From the sequence record NC_048668.1: DNA of 64,000 nt. One strand, given 5' to 3'. This document shows, piece by piece, positions 1 to 9,007 of this stretch. Position 1 is the stretch's first letter. The number at the start of each line of letters is the position of its first letter. Below the pieces are notes generated by a model. It was not told the origin of the DNA and ran no database searches. It saw only the letters and a program-made list of their open reading frames with translations. The position numbers and the translations under genes were made by a program.

Positions 1-604
1 TTGACACCAGCCAGTTACCGAATAGGCAGCTTGGTAATATTTCTTTTCCAGATCGTCGGTGTAGATCTTGGTAGCGTCACGCTCTTCCCCTTGTTCAGGA
101 GTAGAAGTAAGTAACTCGGCGATTTTAGATTCGATAGCACCGATCTTGATTTGACCAGCCATGAAAGGAATCGTAGCACCGAAGCTGTGGCAGAGGATAG
201 TTTGGTTTACTACCACGTTACCGTACCAGGTAGTCAGTTCCCGATCTACGTTTACCAGGTCGCCTTTGTTCAGTGTGATTTCATCTTTGAACCGGAAGAA
301 CGGATAGTTTAACCGGACTTCTTGGAGAGGTTCCCAGGCTTGCGTATCACGATCGAAGAAGACCACGCGGTCATCGTCTTTGAAGAGTTGATACGGATAG
401 CCGTTCGAACGCATAGCGATCAGGTTCGTTGTCGTAGACAATCTTTCCGTAAGGATCCTGAATCATTAGCTCTTTAGCCGTGATGAGGTTTTCTACCTCA
501 GGACGATTAGGGAGCGCAACCATGGCGAAACATTCTACCATCCATTCCTTGTATTGGTAGGCACCCGCACGGAGCGCCTTAAGGAAGTAATCTCGCTTAA
601 GCAT
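1..604 (-). CDS. Virion RNA polymerase beta'-like subunit (phiKZ gp80-like), N-terminal part; runs off left edge; one +1 frameshift between about 375 and 465
   Basis: ATG at 604 gives MLKRDYFLKALRAG...; a second frame continues ...PFFRFKDEITLNKGDLVNV...TTWYGNVVVNQ...FGATIPF...YYQAAYSVTGWCQ and is open to position 1. Resembles recalled gp80-family N-termini; context near the DNA polymerase gene fits. Confidence 0.65.
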
Positions 605-1439
605 AGACAAACTCCGGGAGAGGCAGGGAAGCAATTTTACGGGTGACGGCTAACAGCTCAGCACCGTTGTAGTAGAACTCCATCTTAGAAGCCACGTTGG
701 TTCTGACTTCATCTGGAGGAGTATCTGAAGCAATTGCTGAGAACAGAGCGTACTTAGCAATCAGTTCGCTATCGGTCGGTTTGAGATAACCCAGGAAATA
801 ATCCAGGTAGTTATCCATAGGCTCGCCAATAATACCGCCTTCAGTAAAGTAGGTACGGGCAGATTCGATTTGGAGTTCCTGAAGAGCCAAACGAACACGC
901 TCAACCAGCAGAGCATCGGCACTAGGGATTTGTTCATCGAATTGATAAGCGAGGTCAGCAAAGGCATCTTTCCATTGACGAACCAAGGTAGTCGATACGT
1001 CTTCGATGAAATCGAGCAAGCGCTCTTGCTGAATCTCAGGACTCACCGTACCGAGGATACTGACTACCGTTTCTTTGGCTGTCAGACCTTCATCAAGGAG
1101 ATTACTGAGCGTAGCCATGTCTTCGTATTGGTCAACGCGGTAAAGTGCTTTAAGCGTATCGCCAAGCAGGAATAACGCATCGCGATAATCCATGTCATCA
1201 GCCAGGTAAACGCCAAAGTCTTCGATACCTTCGGTAACAACCTGAATAAGGAAGTTATCCAACTGTTCACGGTTGTTGGTGGTGTCGTAACTGTCCATGA
1301 ACCCGACGAACTGACTGAGGTTCATTTCCATCAATGAGGGGTCTAATTGCATCAAGAAAGGGAGCAACCCTTTATATGCCGATACCCTTTCAGGCGAGTT
1401 AGTCTTTTCGACGTAACTCATTAAGTCTTCTAAGATCAC
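597..1439 (-). CDS. Hypothetical protein (280 aa), translationally coupled to the vRNAP subunit gene
   Basis: Clean acidic helical ORF; stop overlaps the downstream ATG (ATGCTTAA). Confidence 0.8.
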   Translation of the reverse strand: MILEDLMSYVEKTNSPERVSAYKGLLPFLMQLDPSLMEMNLSQFVGFMDSYDTTNNREQLDNFLIQVVTEGIEDFGVYLADDMDYRDALFLLGDTLKALYRVDQYEDMATLSNLLDEGLTAKETVVSILGTVSPEIQQERLLDFIEDVSTTLVRQWKDAFADLAYQFDEQIPSADALLVERVRLALQELQIESARTYFTEGGIIGEPMDNYLDYFLGYLKPTDSELIAKYALFSAIASDTPPDEVRTNVASKMEFYYNGAELLAVTRKIASLPLPEFVYA

Positions 1440-1531
1440 GTGATGACCCTCAACGTTATTGAATAAATATTTACATAGGTACCGTATGAGATGTAGTCTT
1501 TTATATCAAAATTCTGATAAAGGAAAATAAG

Positions 1532-1945
1532 ATGCCAGTAAGCCGAAAACCTCGTAAGAAAACGAAGGCGGTGAAAGCTACATCTCGCCCCGAAGTAACC
1601 AGGGAAAAAGTCCTGGAACAAATCGAAGTAATCCGCCAGAAGCTGATTGAAATTTATCAACTTCTCGCTTATTACACCAAGCTGAAAGAAGCCGGGACCG
1701 TACCGGAAGACCAGCTGGAGTTATTCTCCGAAAAGATTCATACGATTGGCCAAGAGTTCAACACTTATGCGACCAGTCTGGCTAAGTTTAAGAAAGAAGT
1801 GGAAGCTTTGGAAATAGGCTCAGACTGCGACCACTTGCGCGAAGTACTTAGTGAGTACCTTGTCAGGATGTCAGCTTTCCTGGTGCCAATGGCAGAGTGT
1901 ACTGATATTATCCTTAAAGTAGAAGGAAAGAAAGATGTCAACTGA
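1532..1945 (+). CDS. Hypothetical protein (137 aa), basic N-terminus and helical/coiled-coil body
   Basis: AAGGA RBS; MPVSRKPRKKTKAVK; overlaps the next ATG. Confidence 0.8.
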   Translation: MPVSRKPRKKTKAVKATSRPEVTREKVLEQIEVIRQKLIEIYQLLAYYTKLKEAGTVPEDQLELFSEKIHTIGQEFNTYATSLAKFKKEVEALEIGSDCDHLREVLSEYLVRMSAFLVPMAECTDIILKVEGKKDVN

Positions 1946-3680
1946 TTTAACTCCAGGCATGGATGTAACCCCGCCTATCGACAACGAACAACCGGCAGCA
2001 GAACAAGTTATTGCTCCGGGAGTGGAAGTAGAAAAGAAGAACATCTTCGACGACTACGAAGTCGAAACTGATGAACTTCCACCAACTATGCAGGTTGAAC
2101 AACCAGCGCCGGTTGAGAAAGAAACTCCGGTAGAAATCCCGGAAGCAGATGTACCGGTAAAAGAACCGGAGCCTATTGAGGATCCTATCTATCCGGTAGA
2201 AGACGGTACCCTGAAGATTCAAGGTGACGTCTATAAACTGATCGACTCCAAAACCGGCGTGCAGTCCGGCATGGTATTGTTGAACACCACGCGTGAAGAC
2301 TTCAACAACAAAACCGAACGCATGAGCGAAGAAGAAAGTAACAACATGGAAATTCTTCCGTTCCTGCTGACTGGTACCAGTGCCCAAGACACCGCTTACC
2401 CAGGCGAAGGTCTGATCAAAGCTACAACTCGTATCGGTAGCCGCTGGCGTCAATACCTGACCCAGGCTAACGACTCAACGCAACTGGGCCCTCGTCGCCA
2501 TCGCTTTGCGCTGACTAAAGAACAAGGCGCAGTAGTAAGTGGCCACGGTGCAGTAGACCTCTTCATGGCAGGTACTAACCTGGGTCGCTCCGTACAGATC
2601 CCTCTGTGGCATTCTGGCTTCTGGGTAACTCTGCGCGCACCAACGGGTGCTTACCTGGCAGAGATCGACCGTGCTCTGGCTTTCTCCCGTGAAGAGATCG
2701 GCCTGGATACTAACGGTGCTGTTGGTTCTAACGATGCGTTGGTATTCGACGAAGTTCTGCTGGACTCCGCATTGAAGTTGGTAACCAGCTCTACTCTGCC
2801 ATTCTCCAAGAACCCATTGGAGCTGAAAGAGTTCATCGCTAAGAATGATATCCCGGTACTCATCTGGGGTATGGCGATGGCTGCATTCCCTGACGGTACT
2901 CCGATTGCAATTCCATGCGCCGAGTGCCACGATGTACAAACTGTTCATGCAAACCCGCTGCGCATGTTCTGGGTTGATGAGTCTCGCTTCACTGCGAAGC
3001 AACTGGCTCACATGGGCCGCACCAATAAAGTCCAAACGAAAGTTGAAGACTTGGTTAAGTACCATGAAGAGTTCGAAATCCTGAACACTGCTAACTGGGA
3101 ATACAACGGTCGTGTGTTCTACTTCAACGATCCGTCTGCAGATGAGTACCTGGTACGTGGCCGCGAGTGGATCAGTTCGATTAACCGCGCACTGTCAGAA
3201 TCTCTGCGTTCTCAATACGATGATGCTGAGCACCGTGCCGCAGCAGTTCAGTCGGCGCTGTCTACCGAAGACCTGTGCCGCTTTGCACATTACATCAAAG
3301 AGATCAAGGTTCCGTCCCAGGATCACGAAGGTGGTTACTACCTGATTCAGGACATGCCTACTATCATTGATGTCCTCCGTCAACTGGCCGCAGACGCGAA
3401 AGGTTCCATGGAACTGATGGTCGCTATCAACGACTTCGTCAATGACTCCATTGGCGCGTTGGTTGGGTTCCCTAACGTCGCTTGTCCAAGCTGTGGTAAA
3501 TACCACTTGAACAAGAAAGGAGAAAGCACGGTTATCGTTCCGTTTAACCCTGCCACTGGTTTTTTTACCCTTGCACAACACAGGATCCGCGTCTCGGGTG
3601 GAATACCACTGACAAACCTACAGACATTAGGAGTGAGCGCTTTGGTAACCAGGGTCTCGGAGAGCGGGCTGCCGGTATAA
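1935..3680 (+). CDS. Conserved jumbo-phage protein (581 aa) with two CxxC pairs; candidate tail assembly chaperone (G-like)
   Basis: CAEC and CPSC motifs; acidic Pro-rich N-terminus; GGT-TTT-TTT slippery site at 3558-3566. The function call is inference. Confidence 0.75.
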   Translation: MSTDLTPGMDVTPPIDNEQPAAEQVIAPGVEVEKKNIFDDYEVETDELPPTMQVEQPAPVEKETPVEIPEADVPVKEPEPIEDPIYPVEDGTLKIQGDVYKLIDSKTGVQSGMVLLNTTREDFNNKTERMSEEESNNMEILPFLLTGTSAQDTAYPGEGLIKATTRIGSRWRQYLTQANDSTQLGPRRHRFALTKEQGAVVSGHGAVDLFMAGTNLGRSVQIPLWHSGFWVTLRAPTGAYLAEIDRALAFSREEIGLDTNGAVGSNDALVFDEVLLDSALKLVTSSTLPFSKNPLELKEFIAKNDIPVLIWGMAMAAFPDGTPIAIPCAECHDVQTVHANPLRMFWVDESRFTAKQLAHMGRTNKVQTKVEDLVKYHEEFEILNTANWEYNGRVFYFNDPSADEYLVRGREWISSINRALSESLRSQYDDAEHRAAAVQSALSTEDLCRFAHYIKEIKVPSQDHEGGYYLIQDMPTIIDVLRQLAADAKGSMELMVAINDFVNDSIGALVGFPNVACPSCGKYHLNKKGESTVIVPFNPATGFFTLAQHRIRVSGGIPLTNLQTLGVSALVTRVSESGLPV

Positions 3681-3721
3681 TCGAAACCTACCACGGCCTA
3701 GGTAGTCTTCAGAGTAAGATA

Positions 3722-4051
3722 ATGTTACGGCGTGCGTACGATCTGGATAACGGGATTTATTCAGAAGCCTACGACAAAGCGACACCTTACTCTATTATTG
3801 AGATGAACCAAGTGGAGGCAGCAGCTAACAAAGGTAAGTTCGTAGAGCTACTGGAGTTCTTCCGTCTTCATGAAGTGGGTAAGGAGCTAAATATGTCCTT
3901 TACTGAATTCATCAATCTCGATAACGACATAATCGAAACCATTAAGTTATGTTGCACGCGTTGGCGTTCAGAGGATGATAGTGCCACCCGTGAAGCATTG
4001 CAGAAAAGTGGGATCGACCCTAGGACGGGTAACCCTATTAAACCCGCGTAG
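3722..4051 (+). CDS. Small conserved protein, probably the C-terminal (T-like) part of a -1 frameshift product; frame is open from 3548
   Basis: No stop in this frame from 3548 to 4049; weak RBS before ATG 3722; ELNMSFTEFINL...I helix is reminiscent of chaperone T/gp51-like segments. Confidence 0.65.
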   Translation: MLRRAYDLDNGIYSEAYDKATPYSIIEMNQVEAAANKGKFVELLEFFRLHEVGKELNMSFTEFINLDNDIIETIKLCCTRWRSEDDSATREALQKSGIDPRTGNPIKPA

Positions 4052-4084
4052 CGATAATGCCGCTTGGAAACAGGCGGCTAATCC

Positions 4085-4088
4085 TATG
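4085..4088 (+). promoter_or_regulatory. Candidate late promoter core (TATG)
   Basis: CCTATGTAATAAA about 30 nt upstream of ATG 4116; TATG is the known phiKZ late-promoter core. Confidence 0.35.
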
Positions 4089-4115
4089 TAATAAACATAC
4101 CTCAAGGAATTTGCC

Positions 4116-4778
4116 ATGAGCAAAAACAGACAAGACCGTATGCGTAGCCGTATGGCTGAAGCAAACGAACTTTCGGATCAAGCCTCCAAAGTAGAGCAAG
4201 ACCGAGTCAATACCCGCGAAGTACCGGAAGGCACCGACAGCGCTGCCAGCGTTGCTCAGGACTCTCCGATTGGTGTATCTGTACAAACAGCTGCCCCTGA
4301 GCAAACAGCTCAGGTTAAGACTGTTGCTGACGTTTACGCCGGTAAGAGCGACACTGTTCGTTCTATCATTATCCATCTGGAAACCTACACGCAGGAAATG
4401 GCGCCGGGTCGTTACATGACTCCTGACCAAATCCTGAGCAATCAGAAAATGCTGTTCCGCAATCTGCAGCAACTGGTTAACCTGCCAGACGCCGGCGAGT
4501 TCGCTATCTGCTTCAGCCGCCTGCTGAAACTGGTAAACGAAAACCGCAACAAAGCATTCGCTATCAACATGGTGATGCGTAACATGTCTGCGATGCCTCA
4601 GGGCGATAACCAGCTGAACAACTACCGTTTCTTCCTGGACACGGTAATCGCGTTCTCTGATCCGGCACATCGCCGTCTGAACATCAAAAAATGGAACCTG
4701 CAACAAGCGTCTCTGTTTGCCCTGCCGGCATTCCGTGATCGCCTGGCCGGATTCATTCGTGAGATCTGCGGCGAGTAA
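4116..4778 (+). CDS. Conserved hypothetical protein, probably virion-associated (220 aa)
   Basis: AAGGA RBS; strongly biased codons; disordered N-terminus and helical C-domain (YTQEMAPGRYMTPDQ). Confidence 0.75.
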   Translation: MSKNRQDRMRSRMAEANELSDQASKVEQDRVNTREVPEGTDSAASVAQDSPIGVSVQTAAPEQTAQVKTVADVYAGKSDTVRSIIIHLETYTQEMAPGRYMTPDQILSNQKMLFRNLQQLVNLPDAGEFAICFSRLLKLVNENRNKAFAINMVMRNMSAMPQGDNQLNNYRFFLDTVIAFSDPAHRRLNIKKWNLQQASLFALPAFRDRLAGFIREICGE

Positions 4779-4784
4779 TAACGT

Positions 4785-4829
4785 CATATCCCCTCCTACA
4801 GACTTCGCGGTCTGTAGGAGGGATTTATG
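4785..4829. terminator. Bidirectional intrinsic terminator hairpin
   Basis: CATA-TCCCCTCCTACAGAC-loop-GTCTGTAGGAGGGA-TT-TATG between convergent genes. Confidence 0.8.
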
Positions 4830-5340
4830 CGTTCGCTTTAACGAAGGTAGACTTTGCTGCGTAGAACCCTAACTTAGTCAGGAATCCCATTAGTGAGACT
4901 GAGGATAGGTACCCAGAGATTTCAACCATAGACCAATCTTCGGCGTGGATGAATCCATCGACCAGATAGCGTCCAGCTCCTTTGTTTCGATGCTCAGGTA
5001 GAACAAATACCCGATCAATAATAATTTTCTTAATACCTTCATCCGTTGTTTCCTTTCTTGCATTAATGAAGCCAATTGGTAGCTCATTGTCATAAACAAA
5101 GTAATTGCGTCTAGTGACATCGTCACCCCAGTAATGAAGAATGTGTTCTCGATTGCCACCTAGGCTAAACGGTCGATAACCAACCGATTCCTCTATAGCG
5201 ACTTGGTATTCCTTGTAGGCTTCCTTTGCCAGTCGTGCGTATTGCAACTCTCGACGAGAGCCAAGTATCTTTCCAGACACTTCGCGAAAAACAAGTAGGG
5301 TGGAACCCACCCTACGTTGTGTTCTTAACAAAGTTCGCAT
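4825..5340 (-). CDS. GNAT-family acetyltransferase
   Basis: IDRVFVLPEHRNKGAGRYLV matches GNAT motif A (V.P..R..G.G); C-terminal FLTKLGF matches motif B. Confidence 0.75.
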   Translation of the reverse strand: MRTLLRTQRRVGSTLLVFREVSGKILGSRRELQYARLAKEAYKEYQVAIEESVGYRPFSLGGNREHILHYWGDDVTRRNYFVYDNELPIGFINARKETTDEGIKKIIIDRVFVLPEHRNKGAGRYLVDGFIHAEDWSMVEISGYLSSVSLMGFLTKLGFYAAKSTFVKANA

Positions 5341-7085
5341 TAAGCGATACCTTTAGCTGCTTTGAATCGTTGCAGTAATTGCATAGCCGTCGGAGCGTTA
5401 CAAACATTGACCATGATATCAACCGAGTTAACTTTACCAGAGACTAAGTTAAGACCAGCACGACGTTGTTCTTCCATACTGACACCACGGATACGACACA
5501 TTGCCCACTTGGTAGTTTCCTGAGACAAGTTCATCCAAACACCAGTAGATGGATAAGAAGACTTAACGTCGATATCCAGAACCCAACGAATGATCTTAGT
5601 GACCGAGTTAGGCATGTCTTCCAGTAGTTTGTTACCCATGTCAGGGTGAACCATGTGAGCTGATAGCGTAGAGATCCAACCGTCCAACGGAACGAGATGT
5701 TTATCCATCTCTTTTTCCATCTTATCGGAAACACCGCTCAAGATATAACCACGATCCAGTAAGTCGAAGTAGAAGTCATCTGCTAACTTACGGCCTTGAG
5801 AACCATAAGAGTGCAAATCACTGTAACCACATTGAGCCGGGAAGGTGGAACGTAAGTCGAGTGTTACTTCGTCCAACAATTGTGCACCGATGTTATCGAA
5901 CATGTTGTACACGCAATAAAAGATCTTGTTGTGACGCTGCATGTGTTTGTGCCAGTCCAGGCCTGTCGCGCGTAGATCGCCATCGCCTTTTAACTTACCA
6001 AACCCAAAGGTCTTCTCCAAGATTTTACCCAAGGCATAAGAGGACTCTTTGTTAAGGTGTTTACGTACAGCACGACGAACAGACATCTGGTCGACCCAGA
6101 AGAAGTTACTAGGGCAGTGAACTTTGTGCCAACGGTCACACGGGTCTTTTGACTCAGCAACACCGTTTGCATCAAATACCTTAGCCGCACCTTCAATCAA
6201 TTTGAAGTAACGGAAGTCCTTAGGAACTTTAGGATCGCAGAAGATCTCTTCTGGAGTAAAACCACGACGCTCAATTGCCTGAATCATTTTACCGGTATCG
6301 TACGGTAAGTTCCAGATGGATAGCATGTCAGGCTTAAGAACGTTGTGCAATTTATCGAAGATCGCTTGAACTGCTTCGAACTCATCGTCGACAATCTCGA
6401 CGTGGATATTAAAGTCGTGAACAATGCCACGTTTAGAGAAGAAGTCAAATCCTTCTTTACGATTATCGATTTCATGCAGAATAGGTTTTACTTCACGCTC
6501 GTAACACGCCTTAACCTCTTCGACGAAGTTAGGGTTTGTTCCGGCGTAGTGTTTGGTAACGAATTGATAAACTTCATTACCGCATGACACAGAGATCATG
6601 TTGATCTTGTTAGTACCGTAAGTCACATCGAATTCGATATCGAGGTGAGCAACACGATACTCTGACTTTAAGTCAGGATACTTGTTCATGTAAGCGTGCT
6701 TAAGAAGAACCGTAGAGGTTACATCCGTACCATAAAGGTAAGGGTTACGGTTTAACATCTTAAGGCCGCCACGCATTTTCAATTTACGTTGAATGTCACC
6801 GACCATTTCAGCCTGAGTACATTCATAACGACGAACGTTATCCAGTTTCTCCCAGACACGTTTGTCTTTGTGACGACGTTGAGATTCCAGCGTAATGAAA
6901 TAAGGACGCTGGTAGTTACGGATGAAGCGAAGGTTAGGTAACTTACGTCCATCCTTCAAGTGAACTACTTCTTTAATGACTACTAAGTCATCGGAATAAC
7001 TATCTTGCTTTGGTGCGTAAGACGCGTGCTTGAACTCAAAACCAAGGATATCATCTTTGGTGAAAGCGGGTTTTACTTGAGACAT
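5340..7085 (-). CDS. Family-B DNA polymerase, 3'-5' exonuclease plus motif-A subunit (phiKZ gp82-like, split polymerase)
   Basis: ExoI LDIEFD, ExoII WNLPYD, ExoIII YNMFD, Pol motif A LDIDVKSSYPS; no motif B/C (KxxxNSxYG, YxDTDS) in this ORF. Confidence 0.85.
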   Translation of the reverse strand: MSQVKPAFTKDDILGFEFKHASYAPKQDSYSDDLVVIKEVVHLKDGRKLPNLRFIRNYQRPYFITLESQRRHKDKRVWEKLDNVRRYECTQAEMVGDIQRKLKMRGGLKMLNRNPYLYGTDVTSTVLLKHAYMNKYPDLKSEYRVAHLDIEFDVTYGTNKINMISVSCGNEVYQFVTKHYAGTNPNFVEEVKACYEREVKPILHEIDNRKEGFDFFSKRGIVHDFNIHVEIVDDEFEAVQAIFDKLHNVLKPDMLSIWNLPYDTGKMIQAIERRGFTPEEIFCDPKVPKDFRYFKLIEGAAKVFDANGVAESKDPCDRWHKVHCPSNFFWVDQMSVRRAVRKHLNKESSYALGKILEKTFGFGKLKGDGDLRATGLDWHKHMQRHNKIFYCVYNMFDNIGAQLLDEVTLDLRSTFPAQCGYSDLHSYGSQGRKLADDFYFDLLDRGYILSGVSDKMEKEMDKHLVPLDGWISTLSAHMVHPDMGNKLLEDMPNSVTKIIRWVLDIDVKSSYPSTGVWMNLSQETTKWAMCRIRGVSMEEQRRAGLNLVSGKVNSVDIMVNVCNAPTAMQLLQRFKAAKGIA

Positions 7086-7222
7086 GTAAACCTCATCGAA
7101 TAAAATAAAAATCTTCTACACCAATAGACCAAGACATTTTTTCCTACACCACCCCGCAAGACGGCCCTTTCTTGTGTAGCCCTATTTCCTTTATTGTACC
7201 TCAAAGAGGCGAGGAATTTGTA

Positions 7223-8545
7223 ATGAATAACCAGTGGTTTAAACCGGCTTCAGTCGTCTCTGTAGAGGCAATTGATTTCCAAACAGCTGATGTCTTGTGC
7301 CGTGAACTTGAAGTTCTCGTAGAGGAATATCGTTTCTCTAAAAGCAAAGACGTTCCAGCTGCCGAACGTAATAAAGTTTTCTCTGACCTGGCCGCGAAAG
7401 TAATCGGCAAACGTATTAAGGCTAAGAAAGTTACCGTCGATGTTGTCAACGCTGACTCGACTTATAACGCCTACGCCATGCCGCCAGATCTGGCTAAAAG
7501 CTCTGTTCTGATCAAAAGTTATTTCGGTCTGATGGAACAAGCATCTGCAGGTAAGAACGCAATCAAACGCGACGCTAACGCAATCGGTTGGGTTGATCTG
7601 CGCAAAGTAGAACTGGGCGGTATCTTCCAAGAGATCCCAATCCGTCTCGGCGTGTACAGCGCAGTCATCGGTAACGAGTACATGACTCCAGCCGAAGCTG
7701 TCGGCGTAATCATGCACGAAGTAGGTCACATCTTTACCTACTACGAAATGCTTTCTACTGCAATCTCCACCGCGCTGGTATTGCAGGATTCTGTTAGTCG
7801 CCTGATGAAAACCAACAGCGACGAGCAGCGTGTTAAACTTGTCCACAAACTGGAAACTGATTACGACATCCGTTTCGAAAATGCGAACGAGTTGGTAACG
7901 GCTGAGTCCACCGAAGTCATGACGGTTAACATCATGTCTGAGCTCAACGAGAAGATTCGTTCTGAGTTTGGTTCTACCATCTACGATAAACGTAGCTGGG
8001 AATCTATCTCTGACCAATTCGCCTCTCGCATGGGCTGCACGGTAGCTCTGGCTACTGGCCTGGAGAAGATCCTCCGTATGGGTGAAGCCTCCTCGTTCAT
8101 GTCCGGATTCTCGTTCTATTCCCTGGAAGTAATTAAGACCATTCTGTTCCTGGGATCAATGGGTCTGGGTATTGCAGTTGGCCCTGCCGGCATCGCACTG
8201 AACGTCTTTATCCTTTCCTTGATGGCCATCGTCAACCCGCATGAGCGTCTTTACGACCGTCCGCGCGAACGTATCATCCGTATGCGTAACGAAGTTGTCC
8301 TGAAGATGAAGAACAAAGATATCCCGGTTGAAATCCGTAAATCTCTGGCCGAAGACCTTCAGGTTATCGACCACGTTCTGGAAGGTCTGACCGACCGTGA
8401 AACTTTCGTCGAGAAAGTATGGCTGCTGGTTTCGCCATCTACTCGCCGTCAGAAAAAGATTACCAAGGAACTTCAGGAACTGGAGTCTCTGGTTAACAAC
8501 AGCCTCTTTGCTCGTGCAAATTCATTAAAACTCCTGGAAGGGTAA
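7223..8545 (+). CDS. Virion head protein with HExxH zincin-like motif
   Basis: GAGGA RBS before ATG 7223; VSVE-A putative prohead-protease site near the N-terminus; VIMHEVGHIF; hydrophobic segment about aa 305-340. Confidence 0.7.
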   Translation: MNNQWFKPASVVSVEAIDFQTADVLCRELEVLVEEYRFSKSKDVPAAERNKVFSDLAAKVIGKRIKAKKVTVDVVNADSTYNAYAMPPDLAKSSVLIKSYFGLMEQASAGKNAIKRDANAIGWVDLRKVELGGIFQEIPIRLGVYSAVIGNEYMTPAEAVGVIMHEVGHIFTYYEMLSTAISTALVLQDSVSRLMKTNSDEQRVKLVHKLETDYDIRFENANELVTAESTEVMTVNIMSELNEKIRSEFGSTIYDKRSWESISDQFASRMGCTVALATGLEKILRMGEASSFMSGFSFYSLEVIKTILFLGSMGLGIAVGPAGIALNVFILSLMAIVNPHERLYDRPRERIIRMRNEVVLKMKNKDIPVEIRKSLAEDLQVIDHVLEGLTDRETFVEKVWLLVSPSTRRQKKITKELQELESLVNNSLFARANSLKLLEG

Positions 8546-8551
8546 TTAACG

Positions 8552-8992
8552 ATGAACCGCCAATTCGTTCAAGAAGTAACTGCTACACTGACTAAGCAGG
8601 TCGGTGTAAAACGCTCCGCAGTGAGCCAGGCTCTGCTGCTTACTCTGACCTACGGCCTGCTGATCCCGCCACAGATCTCGGAAGACCCAGCTGCTTATTA
8701 CCAAGAACATTACGAAGACAAAGTACGTCGCTTCGTAAACGAGTTCAATGAGCGCTACCTGATCGACGTGGGTATGGTTATCGAAGGTACTCGCCAAGTC
8801 TGGCTTGATCGTTACCGCGCCAACTATATCCACGACGAAGGTCAGATCACCGACTTCCTGGCAGGGAATAACCCAGGTCGTAAATATCTGATGAGCATGG
8901 ATCAGACTCTGGAAGAATCTGCATCTATCGCTAAAGCGGCCGCTGTTCTTTACCCACAGATCTCCGCGTATCTGATGGGTATCGATAAATAA
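8552..8992 (+). CDS. Hypothetical virion-region protein (146 aa)
   Basis: Clean ORF with biased codons in the head-gene operon. Confidence 0.8.
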   Translation: MNRQFVQEVTATLTKQVGVKRSAVSQALLLTLTYGLLIPPQISEDPAAYYQEHYEDKVRRFVNEFNERYLIDVGMVIEGTRQVWLDRYRANYIHDEGQITDFLAGNNPGRKYLMSMDQTLEESASIAKAAAVLYPQISAYLMGIDK

Positions 8993-9007
8993 TAGAAGGA
9001 TGAAATC

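Noticed and set aside
1-4778. Possible inversion of the vRNAP-chaperone block relative to phiKZ gene order
   Set aside because: I cannot verify reference gene order and orientation without the genomes.
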